Shown piece after piece: positions 22,244 through 32,394 of a stretch of DNA of 64,000 nt. This stretch comes from Epithemia pelagica. Its lineage: Eukaryota; Protista; Bacillariophyta. Each line of letters opens with the position of its first letter. Positions within the stretch are counted from its first letter, which is position 1. The DNA lies in the NCBI GenBank assembly GCA_946965045.2, contig OX337230.1:1054001-1118000 (forward strand), given 5' to 3'. A program made the position numbers and the translations under genes. A model generated the notes under the pieces. It was not told where the DNA came from. It saw nothing but the letters and a program-made list of their open reading frames with translations, and searched no databases.

Positions 22244-24499
22244 TCATGTCGTTCGACTCCCACTTTTGGTACTGGCCAAACCCATGACAGGCTTTGTTCC
22301 AAACACGAGAAAGGCCGTTCCAACGGCCGCCAAGACGGCGGCGCCACCAAAGACGGACAAGCCCATGAGAAATTCGACATCGCTATACCAAACCCAATTT
22401 TCATCCTCATTTTTGTCATTGTGGTGGTGGTATTGCTCGTCGCCTCGCGAAGGAATTTCAAAGTGTTCGACTGTTTCTCGAAAACTCACACTGCGACGAC
22501 CGTTTGGCCGTGGAGAAGAAGAGGGTGACGACACCAAGGAAGGACGCATGGTCTTGGTCGAATTCTGGTTTTTGTCGTTGGTACTCGAGCTTTGCGTTGT
22601 AGGAATTGCACTAGTGTCTGTTGATTTGGGTGTGCTATTCTTCTTTTTGGCAACAGTGCCTTTTGTGGTTCCTCCAAACATTGCTTGGGCTTGTCGTTTT
22701 TCGTTTTGTACTTGTCGTTCCAGTTGTTGTTTGTATTGCATGGATAAGACTTTAATTTCCTTTTCTTGCAACAACAATTGCTGTCGGGTACTGGCATCCA
22801 TCATTCCATCATCATCATCATTGGTTTGGGGCGTTGCAGCCGTGTCGTTGTCTTGGCCAGTCTTTATGGAACTAGTGTTCTTGGTTTGCGGTTTCCGGTT
22901 GTTGTTGGTTGTACTCACGGTATGTTTCAAATAATGTTGTACGAGATCATGAGCCTGTTTCCAAGCCGTGTAGGCTTGTGACAAGTTGTGTTGGAGCAAC
23001 GACACTTGACATTGGAGTAATTGAGCTTTAATGTGCCATTGTCCAAACAATTTGGCATTGCCCAAATGGTGGTCGTGTCGAAGAATGGATCGAATCCGTC
23101 GACCCGTCGTTCCTTGTTGTCGTTGCAAGGCTTGCAACAAGGCAATCGCCGCTCGACTGGATTCCACAGCGTCCTTCATCAAGACAGACGCATCCGGTTC
23201 CTCGTCCTCATTCGTAATCTTGTCCTTGTTCTGCAATGTGGTTGGCTTTTTCGTCGGCGACGACGACGCTCGTTGTTGGCGTTGTCGTCGCAACAAGATT
23301 TGACAGGCACAGGTGGCGGCATTGTTGCACGAGGTAATCAACAGGACGAGCAATTCGGCACGCAACCAATTGTCATTGTCGGTTTGATGTTGGACATAAC
23401 GAACGGCTTCGCGAGCTTGCTGATACCCATTCCAAGCTGTGATCAAGTGTCCTTGCTGAAAGGCTCGCGTCGCCGCTTGCTTGCGTGTCTGAGCCCAATC
23501 CAATTTTTCACTCACCGTCGTCAATTCGTAGAATTTGCGACGTCGTACTACCCGAAGTGTGGAGGGGGAGGAGGAGGAGCATGCTGACAAGGACGACGAA
23601 ATGTAACACGTGACGGGTTGTCGACGTGCCAACCGCCAGGACGATAATTGCACAACATAACAGTGTCGTTGTGGTTGTGGATCCTGGCTATTGTCTGGCG
23701 TGTTGTTGTCGTTGCGAATCTCTTGAACGACCCCCATGCCAAATAGTGTCATGACTTCATCGCCTACTTGAGGAGGCACGGAAGGATAATCTTGACAGCT
23801 ATACAAGGTTGCAGGTGGCGACAATGGACGACGAGCATTTTTGTCGTCGGTAGGTTTGGAGAGTGTGTTTGTTGTTGTTGTGGTGGTAGCAGTAGTGTTT
23901 GTCGTGGAGGCCGACCAATCGATTAATTCCACTTCTCGCATTACGATTGGTTTCGTAGTTTTGGTTTCCTCATGTTGTTGTGGCTGGAATGGAGAATCTC
24001 GTCGTGTTCGAAGAATGACTCCTCGTCCATAGGGCGTTTGGACGAGGTAAGGAATTTTGTCGTGGGGAACATGAGGACCCGATGCTTGAATCAAGGACGA
24101 AACACTGGTGGTGGTTGGTTCGGGAGTCTTGCTGCTGCTGTTGCTGTTTGTAGCACTAGTGGTGGTGTCCTCCTCCTCCAGTGGCTGGTTGTGGTTCTCC
24201 TTGTCTTCATTCGATGGTGGGTTGCTGTTGGTGGTGCTGGAGGGGACCACCACCTGTGCGCCAGATGTAGCTGAACCATTCATGGCGGATATCCTTGGTG
24301 TGGCTGTGATTGTAGGTAGGCTTCCTCTGGTCGTCGTCGTCGTCGACCGAGATGCGGATCTGTCCCAGGTGCTCTTCTTCTCCTGGTTTTGGGCGGCGTT
24401 GGTTCTCCTAGACAGACACAATGAGAGACTATGATCCTTGTTTGATGTTGTGTGTGTCTGTGATGGCGATCCATCGAAGAACAAAAGAATCTGATGCAC
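22244..24499 (-). CDS. TPR-like helical-repeat protein with a C-terminal transmembrane anchor (start may be 24283)
   Basis: KQAATRAFQQG..AWNGYQQA..LLITSCNNAATC resembles FKBP-type TPR motifs. It also has two TP(Y/F)GxGV repeats and a hydrophobic tail FLMGLSVFGGAAVLAAVGTAFLVFG. Confidence 0.7.
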   Translation of the reverse strand: MHQILLFFDGSPSQTHTTSNKDHSLSLCLSRRTNAAQNQEKKSTWDRSASRSTTTTTRGSLPTITATPRISAMNGSATSGAQVVVPSSTTNSNPPSNEDKENHNQPLEEEDTTTSATNSNSSSKTPEPTTTSVSSLIQASGPHVPHDKIPYLVQTPYGRGVILRTRRDSPFQPQQHEETKTTKPIVMREVELIDWSASTTNTTATTTTTTNTLSKPTDDKNARRPLSPPATLYSCQDYPSVPPQVGDEVMTLFGMGVVQEIRNDNNTPDNSQDPQPQRHCYVVQLSSWRLARRQPVTCYISSSLSACSSSSPSTLRVVRRRKFYELTTVSEKLDWAQTRKQAATRAFQQGHLITAWNGYQQAREAVRYVQHQTDNDNWLRAELLVLLITSCNNAATCACQILLRRQRQQRASSSPTKKPTTLQNKDKITNEDEEPDASVLMKDAVESSRAAIALLQALQRQQGTTGRRIRSILRHDHHLGNAKLFGQWHIKAQLLQCQVSLLQHNLSQAYTAWKQAHDLVQHYLKHTVSTTNNNRKPQTKNTSSIKTGQDNDTAATPQTNDDDDGMMDASTRQQLLLQEKEIKVLSMQYKQQLERQVQNEKRQAQAMFGGTTKGTVAKKKNSTPKSTDTSAIPTTQSSSTNDKNQNSTKTMRPSLVSSPSSSPRPNGRRSVSFRETVEHFEIPSRGDEQYHHHNDKNEDENWVWYSDVEFLMGLSVFGGAAVLAAVGTAFLVFGTKPVMGLASTKSGSRTT

Positions 24500-25287
24500 G
24501 GGTCTCGGACAGAACTTTATCCAATTCCGAGAGTGGATAGCATCAGTAGCTGCCTCTCTTGCTCTCTCTAGCTAGGAGTAGCTGAGTAGCAGAGGTGATG
24601 ATACTAACTCCATACCAGACTGTGTAGGTAGTTCGTCTCACATTACGCCCTCCTCGACCATTGCCCTCCTCGTCATTCTACCCTCCGCGCCGGGCGGTCC
24701 CTCCTTGACAGGACTCGACACCGGGAAGTATTAATACTACTCTACTCCTAGAAAGTTGAAACTCCATCCGGGCCAATGGACAATACATAGTCCATGGAAG
24801 AAGCGATGCATCCGAGTGACGAAGACTTTGGGATGGAAGAACTCTTTCTTTCTACCTAGTCGAATACAGTTTCTATTGTTCCTCGAGGACTGGTCCTGCG
24901 GAGATATATGCCATTTCCATTCTTCTACTCCTACCAACTTTTATGTACATTTTGTGTGTGTACTGAAATGCTGTGTTAGGGTTTCTAGATACTGCTTCTT
25001 CTTCGTCTTCCTATGAGTGCGTGTGTGTGTGGACCATTGAATATTCTTGAGATTTTCCTGGAAGAAGATGTGGGAGAATGAATGATTGTATGCTTGATGG
25101 AGTACTTAGAAACTTAAGAAACAAGGGAGAGAGAGAAGTATCTGTGTGGAAGGACATTCTTGTGATGGTATGTTTTTTTCTTCTTCTTTTGGGGACTTTT
25201 TTAGGTTTGTGTCATGCTGTCTTGTTGTTTGTTTCGGTTTCAACTTCTTGTGGCTCTCTCGGTTCTTGCCTTGTGTTGGAATTCTTC

Positions 25288-26625
25288 TTAACTCAAGACG
25301 GAACTCCCATGAGTCGTATCGGAATCACGACGCTTCAAATCCGAGGCGACATCCTGATACTTGAGGCATTGGGCCGGCAATTGACTAAAGTGGACCAAAT
25401 GACTGGCAATCGAGGCACAATCGGATCGGGTATACTGCATGGTCGGATTGGACAGAATCGACATGCCTTCGTCGTCGCCTGTGGGTGGAATCGTAGTTAT
25501 AGATGATAGTAGATCAATGAAGAACCAAGTGAGAACAAGAGTTGTTTCAAAATGGAGTCGTGAGCGACTCTATGAAAAGTAATGACCAACATTCTCCATT
25601 TGAAAACGTACCACAATAGCTCTCCTGTATGCGTATTGGTTTCAACAGCAGTCGTATAGAAGGATCCCCCGAATCATGGATTCCAACCATGACATGGATG
25701 CATCCATTGCGCAATCATGACAACAACAAACAAAAGCAATAAACGAGTGAGCCAGGTGGGTAAGATCTCTGGTTTACATACGAGTTTGATAGGAGCAGCC
25801 TCGAATATCGAAAAAGATCTCGTTTGTCAAGAGAGAAGCTGCATTCTTCCCCCCTTTCCTGCATCTTGCACAAGGATTCATGAAACACAATACAAACACA
25901 ACCCTGAAACCCATACACAACCAAAGACCAGAGAATCAACTGTACGTACCATGACCATGTCGGGTTCGTTCTGAACCGACCATCGTCGAGCCAAATTGAC
26001 ACGGTTCGCATGGACCGTCAAGTTGTCTCCCTGTGGTTGCACCATTGTGTGATTGCTTCTCTTGCCGCTGCTATTGCTGCTGTTACTCGGAAAAGAGGAT
26101 GAATGTGCTGGTATGAAGTCCAGCAAGGTGTTGCCTGGTTGTTCTGATTTGAGTTGTTTGGGGGCTCTGGATTGCCAGGATTTGTGACAAGAGAATGGGA
26201 TTCACGAAAGCTCAAGAGATACCAAAACCAGTGAGGAAAGGCTGGAACGGATACCTTGGCCTCTTGTATTTGTTCTTTGGTGGTCGGTCAGTCAGGGTGT
26301 ATGGCCATGGCCCTTGCATTCTTCCGTACTTCGAAAGCAAACCCCAGCCTGGCAAGGGGCGAGAATCACCCACTACAACTGTTTCCACGAGAACAACGAC
26401 TGGCATGTGTTGCTGGAAGGCTTCTTTTCTCTTGACAACCTCTTGTAAGAGAAAAAGATACGGCTTCATCCAAACTGCACAAAAGAAACCGAACAAGCAA
26501 AGAAAAGATCCATCAGCCAAAGATACCCTTGGACACCTGTTCCGTGACGAGCGCTCCAAGGCGTGATGGAAAACATATGTATATAGTAAAAACAGTATAA
26601 TGCGAGCCCAGTCCATTGACGACAC
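25288..26625 (-). CDS. Probable multi-exon gene for an unknown protein with hydrophobic N-terminal segments; exon boundaries uncertain
   Basis: Several short open frames are joined by plausible GTACGT/GTATGT donors and CAG acceptors. The last exon GDDEGMSILSNPTMQ..SSVLS ends at TAA 25288-25290. Confidence 0.4.
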
Positions 26626-26943
26626 GCTCAGTATTCATTAACTCTTTGCGAACTCGTTTTGTTAGCCTTTCGATCGCGTATGATTTTGCCGGGACTACAG
26701 GTAGCTAATTGGGAGCTCCTCTATTCGCAGGATTAGGCATACGGATACGGAATGGTTAGACCTCTCCCTAGCTCTAAAAAGAAAGTGCCATTTTGGATGG
26801 ATGAACGAAATTTATACTGTTTTGAGAGAGCAAAGCACGTGTCTGACTGGAAATCAACCGTGAAATCGCTTTTCTTTTGTTGGAAGTCAAATACACATTT
26901 ATCTACGTTAGTTTTGTCATGGGCGGATGGGTGCTCCTTCCAT

Positions 26944-29900
26944 TTAGAATTCGCCAAAGGGACACGCATTGGCCAACGGATAATGAATCTCTCCATTCCC
27001 GTTGAAATTACCCACAACCGTAGCTCCCTCCACAGCTGTTGTAATGTCCAGTTGGGCCAAGGGAGCAATTTGAACACCCATTGCATTTTGTTGGAATTTC
27101 AAATAAGTTGCCTCGTACCAATTAAAAATAATCTTGCGCCGATGTTGGATAAAAAAGTTGCCCACCATGTTGCCCTGCGTCCATGAGATGGACTGACCCG
27201 ACACATTGATAATAATAAACTTGACATTGTCCATGGTACTTGAACCCGAGAAAACGAATTCAATCTGTTGGACCTTGTTATTCATAAAGAGACGCTTTCC
27301 ATCGACATTAAACACAGCCACGCCATAGCTGTCGACAGTGTCGACCATGATTTTGACGGCACGTGGTTGGTCGCGCCATCCCGGAATGTCAATGGTTCCC
27401 GTGGGGCTCAAATTCTTCAAAAACTTGGCGGAAAAGTACAGCATTTGGGCCCGGTACGATGCCATGTGAGCGACCAAATCGGCATCCGATCGATACGTCG
27501 AAATGCTGCTCTGGAATTCAATTTTACGGCCGCCGATAAAAACACCTTGATTCTAAAAGAGTTAGCAAAAAGACATTGGAAACAGTGAGATGTTGTTGTC
27601 TTCACATGGAATGGGTCACACCGTGCACAGGTTCCAACGTACCGTCCTCTTAACCGAGACATCTGGTCCGTATATCATGCTGCCTTGTTTGAGTTTGATC
27701 GAATTATGTCCCGATCTGAAAGTCCCTCCAACTACAAATGTGGCAGCCGTTGTCGGTTGGCTGTGAATGGCAACCTGGAAGCCGTTCTGCGACCGGATAT
27801 TACCTGAAACAGGAAACAGAAAAGGAGTAAAACAGATTACACAAACGGACAATAAGTGAGGGCTGTCGTTACCCAACAAGAATGCAGACAGCGCTCTGCC
27901 ACGGAAACGTACCACCAACCATCACAGGTCCCTCCACGTCTTGAGCTGCCATCAAATCGTTCATGACAAAGAGATCCCAGTTTTCGATCAACGACCAAGC
28001 GTGGGGACAGCCATATTCGTCGTTTGTCCCGTCGGAACAAGGCCTCATACATACAGAAATTTTGGAAATGCGAGCACTCGAATCTCCACCAAAGGACCCC
28101 CCAATAAAGAGTTTGCCATCTGCGTCGAAGCCTCTACCGATACCATTGTTCTCCATGTACAACTTCAACATATACCAATCAGAATCTGAACTGTAAGCAT
28201 CTAGTTTCAACCCAATGCCTGTCACAATCGTGTTAGAACGGATAACCTCCGTCACTGCAAAAGTGATTGAAATGTCTTCCCCGTCTTGATGAATTGTACA
28301 ATGAGCTTTTCCTTCGTCAATAATTGATTGAATATCTGAGGATGTAGCCATTTCTCCTTGCGTCCCAGATGCGCCTTCGCACAAAAACGCACCAGGTGCG
28401 CAAGTTCCGTCGCTGCTGCTTGCGACCAACTTTCCAACCTTATTATTGTAGCCTGCATTGCCAACATTACAGCTGTAATTGCTGTCACAAGTGTCGACAC
28501 ACATTCCGATATTACTGATTTGGTGACCTTGGGGACCGGTCATGATTCCACCTCGGAAAACGTTTCCTCCCACGCCCGTAAAGCCAACAGCTTGGGTGGC
28601 AGATTTGATGGTGACAAGCTTTACGTACACAGGAGAAGAACCAATCAACTTGAGGGAGACACCAATGACTTCACTAGTGTAGGCCCCGTTCTTGTACTTG
28701 TACTCTGTCTCCTGTTTGTTAACCTGGAAGGTCAATGTCCCACTTCCCGCTGTCGGATGATCATAGTTGCACGAAATCGTCCCACCGTTCGTAAAAACGC
28801 TTGTATCGTCGTCATCCCATTTCAGAAACTCATTGTGACCGTCACCTTTGCAGAGCACTGCAGTCCCTTCGCATTGGCCTTGTTGCCCGCCGCCAGTTCC
28901 AAACAGCGACGTGATTGTCGGATCGGGAACATTTTGGTAATCGTCTTCGTAAGGGCATCCATCCGGAGCCGCGGGTGTATCCACAGGACTCTTTGTAGGA
29001 GCAGTGGTAGGGCCAGTAGTCGGTGTGCTCGTAGGGCCTGTAGTTGGAGCATTGGTAGGACCTGAAGTTGGTGCATTGGTAGGACCTGAAGTTGGTGCAT
29101 AGGTCGGACCTGCAGTCGGGGCGCTGTTTGGGACGGCAGTTGGGGCACTGTTTGGAGCATTGGTAGGACCTGAAGTTGGTGCATAGGTCGGACCTGCTGT
29201 CGGGGCGCTGTTTGGGACGGCAGTTGGGGCGCTGTTTGGTACACTTGTTGGGTCAAAAGTAGGTTCACTTGTAGGACCACTTGATGGAGCCTTTGTAGGG
29301 TTGTCGGTAGTTGGAGCATTGGTAGGACCTGAAGTTGGTGCATTGGTAGGACCTGAAGTTGGTGCATAGGTCGGACCTGCAGTCGGGGCGCTGTTTGGGA
29401 CGGCAGTTGGGGCACTGTTTGGAGCATTGGTAGGACCTGAAGTTGGTGCATAGGTCGGACCTGCTGTCGGGGCGCTGTTTGGGACGGCAGTTGGGGCGCT
29501 GTTTGGTACACTTGTTGGGTCAAAAGTAGGTTCACTTGTAGGACCACTTGATGGAGCCTTTGTAGGGTTGTCGGTAGTTGGAGCATTGGTAGGACCTGAA
29601 GTTGGTGCATTGGTAGGACCTGAAGTTGGTGCATAGGTCGGACCTGCAGTCGGGGCGCTGTTTGGGACGGCAGTTGGGGCACTGTTTGGAGCATTGGTAG
29701 GACCTGAAGTTGGTGCATAGGTCGGACCTGCTGTCGGGGCGCTGTTTGGGACGGCAGTTGGGGCGCTGTTTGGTACACTTGTTGGGTCAAAAGTAGGTTC
29801 ACTTGTAGGACCACTTGATGGAGCCTTTGTAGGGTTGTCGGTAGTTGGAGCATTGGTAGGACCTGAAGTTGGTGCATTGGTAGGACCTGAAGTTGGTGCA

Positions 29901-30435
29901 TAGGTCGGACCTGCAGTCGGGGCGCTGTTTGGGACGGCAGTTGGGGCACTGTTTGGAGCATTGGTAGGACCTGAAGTTGGTGCATAGGTCGGACCTGCTG
30001 TCGGGGCGCTGTTTGGGACGGCAGTTGGGGCGCTGTTTGGTACACTTGTTGGGTCAAAAGTAGGTTCACTTGTAGGACCACTTGATGGAGCCTTTGTAGG
30101 GTTGTCGGTAGGAGCGTTTGTTCCTTCCGATAGAGGCTCGGGTTCCATTGGCGTGTTGGTAGGAGCGAATGTGGGTGAGTCCGTAGTTTTAGGCGAGGGT
30201 CGTTTGAGGACAGTACGTTTACTCTCTCCACAAACTGAATATTGATAGAGTGTTGGTTCCCATCACAAATAAAGGAATTATGTGAGGCACAAGAAATTCC
30301 AATGCCGCAAACCAGTGTCCACTGTCCACCATATGGCAACGTACCTTCGTCTGGAAATGGGTAAGTAATCGCTGTCACATAACAGAAATTGAGAAACAGG
30401 GATGCAACGACAAACGATGCACGAGGAGAGAACAT
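26944..30435 (-). CDS. Secreted PT-stalk + Cys-rich domains + choice-of-anchor A protein (trailin/adhesive-like), copy 1, ~1060 aa; exons 30435-30345, 30234-27913, 27803-27643, 27552-26944
   Basis: Signal peptide MFSPRASFVVASLFLNFCYVTA. Three GTACG..AG introns restore one frame (3183 nt). CAA-like motifs are WDLFVMNDL..DVEGPVMVGG and IIFNWYEAT..IAPLA..GEIHYPL. Confidence 0.8.
29039..30106. repeat. Coding tandem repeat, 4 x 267 bp (89-aa Pro/Thr mucin-like unit built of PTxx sub-repeats)
   Basis: The same marker recurs at 29284, 29551, 29818 and 30085 (period 267). Confidence 0.93.
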
Positions 30436-30445
30436 GTTGATCAAC

Positions 30446-30827
30446 ATCATCTTGTTCTTTGTCAGAGGAAAGATCTTGCTGTACGTTTGATCGTGGAGAG
30501 CTCTCCAAGTTTTTTTCAGTCGACAACAACCAGAAGATGAATTGTGAGTGCTTTGGATCTTGATGTATTTTTGCCAAGTGCGGACAACAACCGATAGATA
30601 ACAAATATGTGGGCACACGCGAAGTCATACGTCAACAAGCAAGTTTCTCTGCAGTCATCATTGATCTCATTTGGAGTTTGGAGACATTACCCAAGACGTT
30701 CCACGAGGCCTGAAAAGATGCTCTCTTATCGGTCGGGCAAAGATGGCCTACATCTTGCGTAATGTTGGCTGATTATGACACGGTGTAATTGGGTCTGTAT
30801 CGTTGACCGCATAGTATAGTTTTCTAG
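30446..30827. repeat. Segment X (382-383 bp), three direct copies: 30446-30827, 31724-32106, 40579-40961
   Basis: Copies 2 and 3 look identical. Copy 1 differs by one substitution (gatcgtgg vs gatggtgg) and one T in a homopolymer. Confidence 0.9.
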
Positions 30828-30921
30828 GGGAATAGGGAAATGAGGGATTTTTAGATGAACATTTAGAAGGACTTTCGGATAAATAGTTTTTTTACGCTAC
30901 GAGAATTCTCTCTGGGCATCG
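30828..30921. repeat. Segment Y (94 bp), direct copies at 30828-30921 and 32107-32200
   Basis: Both copies read GGGAATAGGG...CTGGGCATCG; the second abuts the YR-element body. Confidence 0.9.
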
Positions 30922-32106
30922 TTTCTATTTGTCATGTACATTACTATATTAGGACTGGATACCAGCAATGGACAGACGTATAGCCCCTCTTCTTGTCCAG
31001 TTAGAGCGCCAAAGGAAAAGTCCCACAACTCTACCCCAGCTACGCATACGAGCACCTTCACAACGGTTTGTCAATCTAGACGAGCCCCAGTTTTATCACA
31101 ATGACTATTCCAAACAATTCATCCTAAAGATATAGGCACATTGCTTGCACATGTAGAGTGGGGAACTCTGGTTTACCAATCTTATGTCCCCGTACTGCGC
31201 ATCCGACTTTGAGTGTTCCTACTTTTCATAATTCAAAACTTATTTGATAAATGAGGAGGCGCTAATAGCACAACAATCAACCCGCCTCGTCTACGAGCTC
31301 GTATGCATATGAACAGCTACAAGTAGAGAGCATCTACCTAGCTTTGTGCATGCTTGTATGTGTAGTAGGTTGTAGGCAATCGTTTCGTCTGCGTTCGTCG
31401 TTCATCCCATCCTGTCTTTTGCCTGCATGAATAGTTGGTTGTCGCGTTAGGGTTTTTGCATCCGGTAGGCGAGGTAAGACCATTTGGGTTGCTCTACCTA
31501 TCACTGTGTTCATGACAGAGGACGGTGCTCTGTTGCTGTGCCGTCGTCGCCGATTGTTTTGCCGTTTGGCCGAAACGAGCAGTTCATTGTCGCCGCATGT
31601 CGTTGTCCCTGGTTCGGTGACAGCGAGTAGTTGATTGTTGCATGTGGCTTGTGTTGCGCCACGTGTTTTGGTCACTTGTCGTTGGCGTTGTCATCGCTTG
31701 CCATTGTTGCCGTCGCTTATCTGATCATCTTGTTCTTTGTCAGAGGAAAGATCTTGCTGTACGTTTGATGGTGGAGAGCTCTCCAAGTTTTTTTTCAGTC
31801 GACAACAACCAGAAGATGAATTGTGAGTGCTTTGGATCTTGATGTATTTTTGCCAAGTGCGGACAACAACCGATAGATAACAAATATGTGGGCACACGCG
31901 AAGTCATACGTCAACAAGCAAGTTTCTCTGCAGTCATCATTGATCTCATTTGGAGTTTGGAGACATTACCCAAGACGTTCCACGAGGCCTGAAAAGATGC
32001 TCTCTTATCGGTCGGGCAAAGATGGCCTACATCTTGCGTAATGTTGGCTGATTATGACACGGTGTAATTGGGTCTGTATCGTTGACCGCATAGTATAGTT
32101 TTCTAG
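30922..32106. repeat. Segment Z (1185 bp, includes a copy of X), direct copies at 30922-32106 and 39777-40961
   Basis: The offset is a constant 8855, and identical track ORFs occur at 31334/40189, 31642/40497 and 31691/40546. Confidence 0.92.
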
Positions 32107-32394
32107 GGGAATAGGGAAATGAGGGATTTTTAGATGAACATTTAGAAGGACTTTCGGATAAATAGTTTTTTTACGCTACGAGAATTCTCTCTGGGCATCG
32201 GTGTCTGTCGTGCGTACGTTGGAGCGGGGCAGTTGATCGCACATAGACTACGACAAGCCCCACCGGACTTGGACATCTCTGATGCGATGTCCATGCTCAC
32301 AATTCTTGAGATTGCGAGCATTGCAACTGCCATCTTGAGAGGTCTACACAGAGATAGATAGACTAAGACAATCGAAAACAACTTTGTATCTACG

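Noticed and set aside
28822-30618. 598-aa minus-strand track ORF (QLQVLPM repeats)
   Set aside because: It is an alternative frame through the PT repeat. Only its signal-peptide part (30435-30345) is used, and the 30344-30235 intron shifts into the PT frame.
31334-31897. 113-aa and 68-aa ORFs duplicated at 40189-40752
   Set aside because: They lie in repeat Z, and the homologous sequence at 41.4-41.7 kb does not preserve the frames.
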